Shown here: positions 1 to 9,046 of the stretch, piece after piece
Layout: every line of letters starts with the position of its first letter
Position numbering within the stretch: the stretch's first letter is position 1
IMG/VR virus record: IMGVR_UViG_3300012527_000001
Coordinates: 1 to 63,596 of that record
Length of the DNA: 63,596 nt
Reading direction: 5' to 3' (one strand)
From: a virus
Taxonomy: Duplodnaviria; Caudoviricetes
Notes under the pieces: generated by a model
The model's database searches: none
What the model saw: only the letters and a program-made list of their open reading frames with translations
Told to the model about the DNA's origin: nothing
Program-made: the position numbers and the translations under genes

Positions 1-1137
1 GCCGACCATGATGAGTTTCCCGGCGTAGCGGTAATCGTTGAACCCCAACTCCCCGCCGATGATTGTGACAACTGACGATGGTGACGTAGCGGACAACTTT
101 ATGCCGGATTGCCCGTTTGCTACCTTTGATGCTGTCATGTGTAACCTGCCACCCAAAGCATTCCACTCGATAGGCGTGGTGTTAGCGGCACTCCCCTTGT
201 CATCGAAGTGATCCAAGAACAGCGAGAGGCCGAGCGCTGCTGCGTTAGACCGGACGAACAGGGGGTGCCCTTCCATCATGAAAGACTCGATGTAGGAGGG
301 GTGGTAGTAGGTGCCTGCGAGGAAATCGAACTCGAACGATGAACAGGTGCCGTCCGCTGTGCATTGCACCATACTGAATGATCCACCGGCCAGTTTCACT
401 ATGTTCTGGACGTTGATTACACGACCACCTTCTATTCGATGGAGCAGGCTATTGGAATGGGTTATGTTGTAAGCCGCCCCAGAGAGATTGTGGATCTCGA
501 CGTTGCGAATGCATGCGAAGTCGTTGTTCTGGTCGAGTCCGGCTGTCGTCCACTTGATGCCGTCAACAAAGCCGACGCTGCTGTCGCCAAGTTTGCAGTC
601 CTCTACGATTAGCCCGGTCGGGTTGTATCCGGTCGGGTTGTTCCCATTGTCCTCTCTTGACTCGATGGCGCAGGCGACGTGCGTGAAGTTGACGCCTCTC
701 ATCGAGAGGCTACGCACACCTGACAGTGACGAGTTCCTAACCATGAGCATAGGCTTGCCAGCCAGGCCGGCTGTTGCCTGCAAGATCAGCCCGTTCACAC
801 CACCCGGCCCCGACAGGACGCACCCGTACTTCTCGTTGATGAGAAGGGTGTCTGACACCTTGAAGATACCCTGGCCGTGGACCGCCTTCCCGGTAGCCAA
901 GGCTGAGTTGATGGCAGCGGTGGCGTCTCCCACACCGAGGGGGTCGGCGTTGTAGGGAGCGTCAACTATGTTGATCGGACGTTTGGCTATCGGCACATAG
1001 GTGCCGCTCAGCGCATCAAGCTGCTGCTTCGGTACGGCCTGTAAGGCAGACACGGCGTTACCCGGGAGCACGAGCGGCCCGGTCATTGTGTCGCCGGCCG
1101 TGGAAACTCTGTCGTTCTGTGATCCAAGAACCGGCAT
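1..1137 (-). CDS. Tailspike / pectate-lyase-like beta-helix protein, N-terminal part (runs off left end)
   Basis: Manual translation from ATG 1137: MPVLGSQNDRVSTAGDTMTGPLVLPG...INIVDAPYNADPLGVGDATAAINSALATG, the typical start of a Pectate_lyase_3-like domain. The same frame is open at base 1 (...AGKLIMVG). Absent from the ORF track because it has no stop in the window. Confidence 0.75.
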   Translation of the reverse strand, partial: MPVLGSQNDRVSTAGDTMTGPLVLPGNAVSALQAVPKQQLDALSGTYVPIAKRPINIVDAPYNADPLGVGDATAAINSALATGKAVHGQGIFKVSDTLLINEKYGCVLSGPGGVNGLILQATAGLAGKPMLMVRNSSLSGVRSLSMRGVNFTHVACAIESREDNGNNPTGYNPTGLIVEDCKLGDSSVGFVDGIKWTTAGLDQNNDFACIRNVEIHNLSGAAYNITHSNSLLHRIEGGRVINVQNIVKLAGGSFSMVQCTADGTCSSFEFDFLAGTYYHPSYIESFMMEGHPLFVRSNAAALGLSLFLDHFDDKGSAANTTPIEWNALGGRLHMTASKVANGQSGIKLSATSPSSVVTIIGGELGFNDYRYAGKLIMVG

Positions 1138-1141
1138 TATC

Positions 1142-1420
1142 TCAACCCCTCTTGGTCTTCTCGCTATCAAGGGCGGCGATTGCTGCATCTAGCGTGACAA
1201 GTGCAGCATCACTGGCAGCAATCTGCATCTGGATAGCCTCCTTCGTTTCTTCGGGGGCGTCGGCCGGTAGGCGAGCATGCTGGTCATCTAGGGCAGCAAG
1301 AGTTAGTTCATGGTTCAACTGCTCTGCCTCAAACTGCTGGAGGCGCTGAGAGATGACCTGACCTATCTGCTCCTTGCTTAGGGCCTTGAACGTACGGCGC
1401 TTGCGTTCTATCTTGGGCAT
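1142..1420 (-). CDS. Small coiled-coil protein, possible tail-fibre chaperone
   Basis: 92 aa, helical heptad pattern, AAGGAG RBS, lies between two fibre genes. Confidence 0.5.
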   Translation of the reverse strand: MPKIERKRRTFKALSKEQIGQVISQRLQQFEAEQLNHELTLAALDDQHARLPADAPEETKEAIQMQIAASDAALVTLDAAIAALDSEKTKRG

Positions 1421-1432
1421 TTGTTCTCCTTG

Positions 1433-2926
1433 TTATGATAGGGCGATTGATCCTGTGCGAACTATGCCGAGTGAATCCTTGGCCTTGAACATAACTTTTG
1501 TAGCCAAAGTGGTGGCGTCAAGCCAGGTCGCCAGTTCGTTGGCTACTAGGTCAGCATCAGCAGGAGCGGCAGTCTTCTTGTTGATGTTGTAGCCGTCCTT
1601 GTTGATACGCTGGCCGACGTCTCCACCCGCAGACTTCCATGTTTGCATGTCTGCTGTCTGCACGTTTGCAGCGGTGACTGAGAGACAGGTGGTTGCCGGA
1701 TTGTCCTCAGTGATCGAAACACGACCCACAACAACAAGTCCAGTTGCATTGAATGTCCCTCTGGTTGTTGCTCCAACGATGATGGGGACTGCGCCTGCGA
1801 TATCCTTTACACCAGGTACTTGGAGTTCCCCCGCTGCCGTGACCCTAGAAAGCACCGTACCGCCACTGTCCCGCCATTGCTGCAAATCAGCGGTCTGTGC
1901 AGCGACACCTTGTATTGCGATACCAACACTACCAGGAGTTAGGAGACGTGGGCGTACGGCCAAAGCAACATCGACAGTGGCGTCAATGGGAGCACCAAAG
2001 TCAAGTGAGAGGCGCCCATCACGCATAACTCTTGAAAGAACTGTCCCTGCCGAGTTCTGCCATTGCTGGAGGTCTGCGGTTTGAGAAACGGCGCCTCTTA
2101 CGGTCAGCGCCTTGTACGCTGCATTCAATGTGGCAAACTGCCAACCGTTAGCCGTGCTCGAAGTCAGAATCAACTCATTCGTTGCCGGTGACTGGTATTT
2201 ACTTGCCGCTACTGACAACTGTACATCAGTGTCGGTGACGAAACTAATCAATCCTGCCGAATTGTATTTTATTGAGGCCCACGACGTTACCCCGTCCGAC
2301 CTGCGAACGAGAGCTCCCTCCGGGCCGACCCTAAGTTTGCCACCTGGATTCATTGCGGCAGTAACGGCTCCCGCCGAGTCCTGCCACTGTTGGAGGTCGG
2401 CGGTTTGGGAAGCAAAGCCCCTAAGGATTACAGGGACCGAACTTGCGTTGGGTGGGCTGATGATTGATGCCCCCACCTTGGGCACATAATCACCAAAAGC
2501 ATTGAGTGGTGGACCGTACGAGGTCATCTGTGAGATGATGCTCCATGCGTTCGAGCCCACATGCTCGAAAACTGCTCCTGCCCAGCGGGTTGTAGTCGTG
2601 GCGTTCGGGTCACCGTCAATCGTACCGCCAGCAGCAGGAGCAATGGTAACGGTGTTGATGGTGGCGTCTATCTTCTTGACAGAGACAAGAGCCCCGAGAA
2701 TGGGGTTGGTGGGGAGGGTGACTGTGAATCCTGCCGTTGCAGCGTTGGCCTGGACAAGGTCTCCCACTGCAGCGGTGTAGGCGGCAGTCTTCGTCACTAC
2801 GTTTGCAGTGATGCCTCCGGTTGGGCCTTGTGGTCCCTGGAGCTGAACTTCCGGGACATAGGCGATGTTGGTGAAAACATCTATTGATGGCCCTGAGATC
2901 GGGTTGACCTCTACGATGATGGGCAT
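1433..2926 (-). CDS. Tail fibre protein with four QTADLQQW repeat modules
   Basis: 497 aa. Short collagen-like GPQGPTG, then VTKTAAYTA..TVTLP module, then 4 x QTAD(L/M)Q(Q/T)W. Confidence 0.7.
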   Translation of the reverse strand: MPIIVEVNPISGPSIDVFTNIAYVPEVQLQGPQGPTGGITANVVTKTAAYTAAVGDLVQANAATAGFTVTLPTNPILGALVSVKKIDATINTVTIAPAAGGTIDGDPNATTTTRWAGAVFEHVGSNAWSIISQMTSYGPPLNAFGDYVPKVGASIISPPNASSVPVILRGFASQTADLQQWQDSAGAVTAAMNPGGKLRVGPEGALVRRSDGVTSWASIKYNSAGLISFVTDTDVQLSVAASKYQSPATNELILTSSTANGWQFATLNAAYKALTVRGAVSQTADLQQWQNSAGTVLSRVMRDGRLSLDFGAPIDATVDVALAVRPRLLTPGSVGIAIQGVAAQTADLQQWRDSGGTVLSRVTAAGELQVPGVKDIAGAVPIIVGATTRGTFNATGLVVVGRVSITEDNPATTCLSVTAANVQTADMQTWKSAGGDVGQRINKDGYNINKKTAAPADADLVANELATWLDATTLATKVMFKAKDSLGIVRTGSIALS

Positions 2927-2928
2927 GA

Positions 2929-3285
2929 CTACGTCCTCGTCACGTCGTCAATGATTGTTGCCGGGCCCACCAGGTAAGTCGTGATCTTGGAGGGTGCTGA
3001 CGAGGTCATTTCAACGTCATACACGCCCAAGGGCAAGGTCAATGCTGCAGTTGTCACTGCCGGCATCGTCACGATGATGGAACCAGGCTCAGTTCCCTGG
3101 TTACCTATGGCGACGGCAAACGAAGCTGCAAGAATCCCCGTGGGCCCGCTTACATTCCTGAGCTGCGCCCTACCTGTCCAGCCGGTCAGGTTTATGTAGA
3201 CCCCGAATGAATCCTTCAGCCTGAACTTGAGCTCGAAATCATCACCCTTGTAGATCTCAATGGGGAAGATACCGGGAGTGCTCAT
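2929..3285 (-). CDS. Virion structural protein (BppU-N/Ig-like fibre-associated)
   Basis: IYKGDDF...INLTGWTGRAQLR...GVYDVEM pattern typical of small actinophage tail-fibre-associated proteins. Confidence 0.6.
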   Translation of the reverse strand: MSTPGIFPIEIYKGDDFELKFRLKDSFGVYINLTGWTGRAQLRNVSGPTGILAASFAVAIGNQGTEPGSIIVTMPAVTTAALTLPLGVYDVEMTSSAPSKITTYLVGPATIIDDVTRT

Positions 3286-3350
3286 TCACTGTCCCTGTTA
3301 CGGCTGACAGTGGCTCGAGCGGGCATGGGAGCTCACTATAGCTCCGAGAG

Positions 3351-3782
3351 CTAGTTGGTCCCGTCGAGCTGGCCGAGGACGAGGCGGATGACGCCCTGGA
3401 TCTGCTGGGTGAGGGACCGAACCTGAGCGGTCGTCTGCGCCGCCGTAGGGGTGGCTAGGGCCAGGTAGGTGCGGTTGCCGGCGAGGGCGCTCCCGGCCTG
3501 GGTGCGGATGGTGTTGCCGTTCGTCTCCTCGGCCGGCGGGTCCTGCGCCGGGTAGGTGGCGGTGACGGCGCCACTCCCGTTGACGGTGAATGTGGGCGGC
3601 CCGTGCCGCTGTCCGGCGCCGAGAGCGGGGCGGACCTCGGTGGCTTCCACCCAGCCGTCGGGGGCGAGGTCGACGAGGGTCGGGTTGCTGACGGTGCGGC
3701 CGTCGCTGAACCGCCAGGAGCCGGGCAGGGACGGGCTGGACTGTTGGACAGCGTTGGCGACGATGCGGGCGAACAGGGTCAC
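3351..3782 (-). CDS. Hypothetical protein, probable tail-fibre assembly protein
   Basis: 143 aa, GAGGAG RBS, high GC, immediately follows the LamG-like gene. Confidence 0.55.
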   Translation of the reverse strand: MTLFARIVANAVQQSSPSLPGSWRFSDGRTVSNPTLVDLAPDGWVEATEVRPALGAGQRHGPPTFTVNGSGAVTATYPAQDPPAEETNGNTIRTQAGSALAGNRTYLALATPTAAQTTAQVRSLTQQIQGVIRLVLGQLDGTN

Positions 3783-3795
3783 GGGGTTCTCCTCA

Positions 3796-4530
3796 TCATG
3801 CGATTGTCAGGGCGTACTTGGCGGCGACGTAGGCGTTGACCTGTGCCCGTTCGGCGGCGGTGACTTTGCGGTCGTAGATGAACAACTCGGCTATATCACC
3901 GCCCAGGAAATACAGGCCGCCAGTTATGCTATTGCCGAGTTTGGGCACAGCCGGGAACCCAGCAACGTTCGTGGCCGTACTGAACAACTGAGTGCCATCA
4001 AGGCGGCTAGTCCACTCCCCGTCCACCGAGTTCACGTTGTAGAGCCTCCACGCCGCTAGCGACGGCGTTGGGTTCACCGTCGCCTTGCGGGTGGTCGACC
4101 CGAATGCATCGTAGATTATACCGTCCGTGAACGGGTAATGAGTGTTGGGGAACGGGTCGGCGCCGTTGACGCCCACATGCCAAAGGCCGGAGCTATTGGC
4201 CGTAAGCGGCGGGTCGTTAGTGAGCTTCACGACGAGGAACACTTCACCGGCCGTCAGGGACGCCAACGTGGGGCCGGTGAGCACGTCGTCCACCCCGTCG
4301 AAGCGGACCGCCGGCTTCCCGTTGAGGACGCCGGTCCTATACAGCGGCCGGGTGGTGGTGACGCCGGTGAAGTTGCGGGCATTGCCCGACTGGTCGGCCC
4401 ACGAGGACACCGGGTCAGCGTCCGCGAGGCCGGTGATGGCGTCAGCCTTCAACCAGAGGGCCAGCCCGGAGATGTAGGCAGGCGAGAATGTAGCCGGGTT
4501 GGTGCGCCGCAGTAACGCCGCCGCTCTCAT
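3796..4530 (-). CDS. LamG/concanavalin A-like minor tail (receptor-binding) protein
   Basis: Likely start ATG 4530 overlapping the upstream stop. LALWLKADAI...SWADQSGNARN...PAVRFDGVDD...GDIAELFIYDRKVT. Confidence 0.75.
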   Translation of the reverse strand: MRAAALLRRTNPATFSPAYISGLALWLKADAITGLADADPVSSWADQSGNARNFTGVTTTRPLYRTGVLNGKPAVRFDGVDDVLTGPTLASLTAGEVFLVVKLTNDPPLTANSSGLWHVGVNGADPFPNTHYPFTDGIIYDAFGSTTRKATVNPTPSLAAWRLYNVNSVDGEWTSRLDGTQLFSTATNVAGFPAVPKLGNSITGGLYFLGGDIAELFIYDRKVTAAERAQVNAYVAAKYALTIA

Positions 4531-5090
4531 CGGACATCCAGTCCGGCGACGAACCCTGCCCAGGTCGTGCCGTCGGTGCAGACGAATGACAGGTAGTCGA
4601 TCTTGTTGACCCCTGTCGAGAGCGTCGGTGCGGTGCCGGCCGCCCATTTCGCTGACGCCGGCCAGGTGACTGATCGGGACCCGGTGGCGTCCTGCACGAG
4701 CACCAAGGTGAACGACTTGCCGGCGGCGGGCGTCGGGAACGTGAAGGTGCAGTTGGCGCTGAGGGTGATCCGGCTGATCGTCTGCGCCGTCACCGGGTCA
4801 GGGATCGTCTGTGTAGCGCCGGAGGCGGCCACGGTGTTCACCGACTCCTGAGCCAGCGCCTTAGCTGCCAGAACACTGGCTAGGGCTGGGCTGAGATCTT
4901 CTAGGACCAAGCTCCCGTCAGGAACCTTGTTCTCTAGCGGTAGAGCGGCATAAGGAACTACACCCCCGACCCAGGCTTCTGGGTTCTGAATGTAAGCGCC
5001 ATCAGCAGACCCGGGATCCACACCGGCACTGTAGGCCTGTCTAGTTCCGTCACGACGACTGACGACTACAGACTTGGCTAGAGAGGGCAT
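4527..5090 (-). CDS. Minor tail/fibre-associated protein
   Basis: C-terminal SFTLVLVQDATGSRSVTWPASAKWAAGTAPTLST..IDYLSFVCTDG domain, common in phage fibre loci. Confidence 0.65.
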   Translation of the reverse strand: MPSLAKSVVVSRRDGTRQAYSAGVDPGSADGAYIQNPEAWVGGVVPYAALPLENKVPDGSLVLEDLSPALASVLAAKALAQESVNTVAASGATQTIPDPVTAQTISRITLSANCTFTFPTPAAGKSFTLVLVQDATGSRSVTWPASAKWAAGTAPTLSTGVNKIDYLSFVCTDGTTWAGFVAGLDVR

Positions 5091-5192
5091 GGGTCTCAGC
5101 GTAGCGCCGAGAGCCTGCGGTGGGGTACAGACCCTCGGCGCTACTCCTCGGACCTCAGGTGAAGGAGAACACCCGAGCGGGAGACTGTGGGG

Positions 5193-5297
5193 CTAGCGAA
5201 GCAGTCGAATGATGATGATGACGATCAGTACTAGGACGACTAGTGAGACGAACTCCAGGTCAACCAGCTCCCTTGGGGCCTCGGACGTAGGCGTCAC
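5193..5297 (-). CDS. Small single-pass membrane peptide (~34 aa)
   Basis: ...EFVSLVVLVLIVIIIIRLLR*; start codon uncertain. Confidence 0.4.
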   Translation of the reverse strand: MTPTSEAPRELVDLEFVSLVVLVLIVIIIIRLLR

Positions 5298-5397
5298 CAA
5301 CGTCGCCCTGCTTGGCGGGCTTCTCGGTCAGGAGCGGACGGTCCTTGTTGACACGGCTCTTACCACGCTTGGGCTGGGGAGGCTGAGGAATGGTCAT
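5260..5397 (-). CDS. Small basic peptide (45 aa), probably leaderless
   Basis: MTIPQPPQPKRGKSRVNKDR...; ATG lies 6 nt after a TACCCT -10-like box. Confidence 0.45.
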   Translation of the reverse strand: MTIPQPPQPKRGKSRVNKDRPLLTEKPAKQGDVGDAYVRGPKGAG

Positions 5398-5411
5398 GCA
5401 CTCAGGGTAGC

Positions 5412-5627
5412 TCAGACACGTCTCCGGTAGTGCTCCTCTATCAGCTCACTTATTTCTAGTATTGTTGCCTTGCTATGAACACTCTCACCGTTGTCCATAG
5501 AGATGCGAGTTCTATCCTGCATGTTCCTCTCCACAACTACATGAGAGATCATGTCAGGGTTGACCAGTGCCATGTGGTAGGTTTCCTCATGGGCCCTGTC
5601 TCTGACAATCTCCAGCACTTGTATCAT
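5412..5627 (-). CDS. FlbD/SwrD-like small protein
   Basis: LVNPDMISHV...TRISMDNGESV...TILEISELI fits the FlbD-like pattern (NPxxI...T.I.L.NG). Confidence 0.5.
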   Translation of the reverse strand: MIQVLEIVRDRAHEETYHMALVNPDMISHVVVERNMQDRTRISMDNGESVHSKATILEISELIEEHYRRRV

Positions 5628-5833
5628 GGCTTGTCATGAGCGAGAAGAAGCTGGCCCACGTCCTCGAGTCTTTCCCTGACTGGCACCACTGTTCCGTTCA
5701 CTAGAAGGATCTCTGTGTGCGACTTCGTGTCGTCTGGCCTGACCCCCATGATGTACCTTGGGTTGATCAGGCACTGAGTCGGGATGGGCAACGCACCTGT
5801 AGGGCTTTTGCGATACTCGTAGACCTCGATCAC
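5624..5833 (-). CDS. FlbD/SwrD-like small protein (paralogue of 5412-5627)
   Basis: LINPRYIMGV...TEILLVNGTVVPVRERLEDV. Confidence 0.5.
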   Translation of the reverse strand: MIEVYEYRKSPTGALPIPTQCLINPRYIMGVRPDDTKSHTEILLVNGTVVPVRERLEDVGQLLLAHDKP

Positions 5834-6270
5834 AGATCTTCTCCTTTGTTGGGGTGGCTGGGCTCACCTGTGAATCTGGTGGCCCTTTCATCTGCGGTGC
5901 TGATCTCGTGGATGGTGTAGGGATCGTTGCCGGGGCCGTGGTTCGGGGCGTAGGGCTTCTCTCCGGCTACTGTGAAGAACTCCATCGCTTCATGTAGCTC
6001 CACCTTGACGAACTGTTCGAAGAGCCAGCGCTGCCAGTTCTGCCGGTTGTAGGTGGCGGGAGGGACTGGGAACAGGTGGTTGACCCTGATGTGGCGCTCT
6101 TGGTCGTAGGAGTTCACTGTGGCTGTCGTGATGATCAAGGTGAGGCCGTAGCTGCCCTTGTCACGTTCGTAGCCGTTGTGAAGGGCGACCTCCCAGTTCT
6201 TGAGGTATGTGGTGTTCTGTACGAGCTCTGCGAGTTCCGTGGGGTAGGGGAAGATCTGCTCTGCTGTCAT
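5830..6270 (-). CDS. Hypothetical phage protein
   Basis: 146 aa, stop/start overlaps with both neighbours, ELHEAMEFF motif. Confidence 0.6.
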   Translation of the reverse strand: MTAEQIFPYPTELAELVQNTTYLKNWEVALHNGYERDKGSYGLTLIITTATVNSYDQERHIRVNHLFPVPPATYNRQNWQRWLFEQFVKVELHEAMEFFTVAGEKPYAPNHGPGNDPYTIHEISTADERATRFTGEPSHPNKGEDL

Positions 6271-7394
6271 GAGAAGCTCCCTATGGGTCTGTCTTGTGGT
6301 TCTGGTGTGGGTGTGAGCTTTGTCTTGGCTCGCCGTTGTGCCCTTTCTCTATCCCTCTGGTTGGCCTTGACCCGGCTGGCCAATTCTGCTCCTGGTGGTA
6401 GGAACACTTCTTCCTCCACGATGTCGGCGTCGACTATCTCGTCATCAGACCAAGGCTCGTGCTTTTGGGTGATCTCGGAACCGTCTGCGTTGTCACTCTG
6501 CCTGCCGGCTTGGGCGAGTAGGTGTTCTCTGGCTAGGCCTGGGGCGGCGGCGTGTTGGGCTGGGGTGAGCTCCAGGCGGGGGTCAGTGAAGATTGCGTTC
6601 ACTACCTGGGCTATCAGTCGGCCCTGGTCCTCTGCTAGGCGTACTGTGCGTTCGGCTACTCCGGCGCCTATGGCCGCCTTTGCTGCCGTAATCAGGTGGC
6701 GGCGCTCGGCCTGGTAAAGTTCCAAGTATATCGAGGGCTTGAGACCTACGTTGGTAATCTGGTTGAGGCTCTCGAGCTTGGCCTCGTCGAAGTTTGTGTT
6801 CTTGGGGTCATTGGTATCTGCGTCAGCGTCACCCCCTAGCCAGCGAATGGTGTCTCTGAGCCAGCGCACGTGTCCGGCAGTGAACTGGACTTCCTCTAGG
6901 AGCGCTGTGTGCGGGTCAATGTTCCTTCTGCCGCCGTAGTAGCGGCGCATGTTGGCCATAATCATCTCCTTGGTGTACTTCATGTTGAGGGGAGGGGTGT
7001 TTCCCCAGTGGCGCCAGCAAGGTCCGAACCCTAGGTGGTCAGTTCCCATTCCTGCTGGGTTGCAGCATGTTCCTGGGCCGCTCGAGCTCTTGCCGCTTCT
7101 CTTGACTCCGCAGAGTGGGCCCTTGGTCTGCGTGTTCTCTGGCGTTGTGGGGACCTCATCTTGGTATCCTCGCTTGTATCCAATCCCCCGGAGCTTTCCG
7201 GCGTTGCGCTTTCGTTCTGTAAGTACGCCGCTGTCGGGGTTGATCGGTCTCTCTGGTCTGAGAATCATGTGCCGACCCATGGTGGTAAGGGTAGCGGCTC
7301 TGTGGAGTGCTGGCTGAGCGCTCGCTCTAGGTCCGATAATGGGGTAGGTGTGCCGTGGGGCGTATGGAGTCGTCTCGACATGTGTAATGCTCAT
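6267..7394 (-). CDS. terS: Terminase small subunit (HGGxSTG-like Cys/His domain)
   Basis: CGVKRSG...CCNPAGMGTDHLGFGPCWRHWGNTP and YQAERRHLITAAKAAIGAGVAERTVRLAE motifs typical of actinophage TerS. First gene of the leftward arm. True start may be downstream. Confidence 0.7.
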   Translation of the reverse strand: MSITHVETTPYAPRHTYPIIGPRASAQPALHRAATLTTMGRHMILRPERPINPDSGVLTERKRNAGKLRGIGYKRGYQDEVPTTPENTQTKGPLCGVKRSGKSSSGPGTCCNPAGMGTDHLGFGPCWRHWGNTPPLNMKYTKEMIMANMRRYYGGRRNIDPHTALLEEVQFTAGHVRWLRDTIRWLGGDADADTNDPKNTNFDEAKLESLNQITNVGLKPSIYLELYQAERRHLITAAKAAIGAGVAERTVRLAEDQGRLIAQVVNAIFTDPRLELTPAQHAAAPGLAREHLLAQAGRQSDNADGSEITQKHEPWSDDEIVDADIVEEEVFLPPGAELASRVKANQRDRERAQRRAKTKLTPTPEPQDRPIGSFS

Positions 7395-7545
7395 CTCACG
7401 ACGCTCGAGGCCCTCTGGTCGACCTCTCTAGGACTAAATGTCCAAGTTAGGAGAATTCCTTCATTTCTCTACTAGTAGAGGAGATCACTATGGATAGATA
7501 GATAAGTCTATAGAGGGAGAGTGAGGGTGCTCGAGCGTCGTGAGA
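7394..7545. repeat. 16-bp perfect inverted repeat flanking an AT-richer spacer at the divergence point
   Basis: TCTCACGACGCTCGAG (7394-7409) and CTCGAGCGTCGTGAGA (7530-7545). Confidence 0.85.
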
Positions 7546-7619
7546 GTGATTATTGGTATATCGAAGGGTGATGGATAGTTGGACTAGCGAGGTGGGTGTC
7601 GCTTGGGGTAAGGTTAGGT

Positions 7620-8234
7620 ATGGCAACTATCGACAGAGGACAGATGAAGCTTGAACGTAAAGAGGATCGAGATGAAAGATTGGAGATATACAGGGACAAG
7701 CTGGCTTCGGTAGGTAGAACTCGAATGAAGCTGCCCTATCGCAAGTCAATCATGGCGGTACATGTGATGAAGCCATATGCGGCAACAGCATGGGCGAAGA
7801 TCGAACGAAAGGTGGATCCGCCTTGGAAGGGGTGGGAAGGGTGGCTTGGACATGTTCGGGTAGAAGACTGTCAGAGGTGCATCATGAGACCTGCAGTTGG
7901 AAAGGTAGGTTCCGTTACGGGTGTGGGAGTCACTAAGACATTCGAGCGTCGCATCGAGGATCATCTCTTCCACAACAAGGTGGATTATCTGATCTGGTGT
8001 GGTGATGAGGATCTGCTGGAGACAATCAAGGAGTCTCCTTACTGGACTCGTGAGCATGCTCAGCGTAGGGTGGTTCGTGTCGTTGATGACATGCCGTTGT
8101 CTTCGGTTGTTGCTGAAGTTCGTATGGCTAAGTTCAGATGTGAGACTGCTCTGTCTGCTCTTCTGGATGTGATGCGTGCGGACTCTTGGCTGGATATTGA
8201 CATTTCGTTTGGTCGTGGTCTCCATGATGACTGA
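7620..8234 (+). CDS. Hypothetical protein
   Basis: Open frame of ~204 aa; ATG 7620 lies 5 nt after TAAGGT; lower GC than the genome average. Confidence 0.6.
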   Translation: MATIDRGQMKLERKEDRDERLEIYRDKLASVGRTRMKLPYRKSIMAVHVMKPYAATAWAKIERKVDPPWKGWEGWLGHVRVEDCQRCIMRPAVGKVGSVTGVGVTKTFERRIEDHLFHNKVDYLIWCGDEDLLETIKESPYWTREHAQRRVVRVVDDMPLSSVVAEVRMAKFRCETALSALLDVMRADSWLDIDISFGRGLHDD

Positions 8235-8586
8235 CCATAGCAAGTACATGGTGATGGCGATCAGGGTGAGCAGTACAGAGGGAGCTGCTGTAGCGTGGAC
8301 GTGTGAGGGAAGGCTATTCCAGGAGCATGTTGCACGTGATCCGAAGTTCTGGGACAGACTAGGTTTCTTGATCGAAGAGCAAGGTGTGGATGTTCTCTTA
8401 TGGGACAACGCTGATCTTCTCTGGGGTGAGGATGTGTTAGAGTCTCTAGACATAGATGAGAATATCACCGTTATTCGTAAAGACTTCCTGTCTCTTCAAG
8501 AGGATGATTGGAAGTTGGCCCATAATCGCTTCTTGTTTGAGTCAGTGGGTGCTATCCTGTATGTGATGCGGACGGGATACCGATGA
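8224..8586 (+). CDS. Hypothetical protein, possibly degenerate RuvC fold
   Basis: VMAIRVSSTEGAAVAW...VDVLLWD resembles the neighbouring RuvC-like gene without the acidic catalytic residues. Confidence 0.45.
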   Translation: MMTDHSKYMVMAIRVSSTEGAAVAWTCEGRLFQEHVARDPKFWDRLGFLIEEQGVDVLLWDNADLLWGEDVLESLDIDENITVIRKDFLSLQEDDWKLAHNRFLFESVGAILYVMRTGYR

Positions 8587-9023
8587 TCTCTTCCTCTTCC
8601 ACGGTAGCTGCAGTAGATTGTGGGCCGAGGAGTGGGTTTGCTTGGGGGAGTGATGGTGTGGTGTTCGGAACCCTGACTGTGCCGAACTTTCATGTGGGAT
8701 GGCCCCTCGACGAGTTTCGGCAGGTAGAGGAGATCTTGCGTCGTGTAGTGGACTGTAAGGCTTCTGTGGTGGTAATAGAGGACTTCATTCTGCGGTTGCC
8801 TGTGAAGGGGACGCAGAGAGAGGGGTTGTCGTCTGCTCGGATTGGGTTTGCTCTAGCCTTGGAGTTGCGGCAGATGTCGCTTCCTGTGGTGTGGCAGCAG
8901 CCTGTGGAGATGAAGCTGATCAAGGGGCGGGTTTCCGGTCGGAACGAGCACGAAAGGGACGCTGTGAAGCATCTGAAGGTGTATTGGAGGAAGCAGAGCA
9001 ACACCAGATGGGACGGACAGTGA
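8583..9023 (+). CDS. RuvC-like Holliday junction resolvase
   Basis: AAVDCGPRSGFAW, VVVIEDF and HERDAVKH catalytic motifs. Confidence 0.75.
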   Translation: MISSSSTVAAVDCGPRSGFAWGSDGVVFGTLTVPNFHVGWPLDEFRQVEEILRRVVDCKASVVVIEDFILRLPVKGTQREGLSSARIGFALALELRQMSLPVVWQQPVEMKLIKGRVSGRNEHERDAVKHLKVYWRKQSNTRWDGQ

Positions 9024-9046
9024 TCGGGCGAGACTTCTGGCTTTGT

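Noticed and set aside
488-4851. Plus-strand ORFs over the fibre cassette, and the many other antisense ORFs in the track
   Set aside because: Shadows of well-supported opposite-strand genes in GC-rich DNA; no RBS or motifs.
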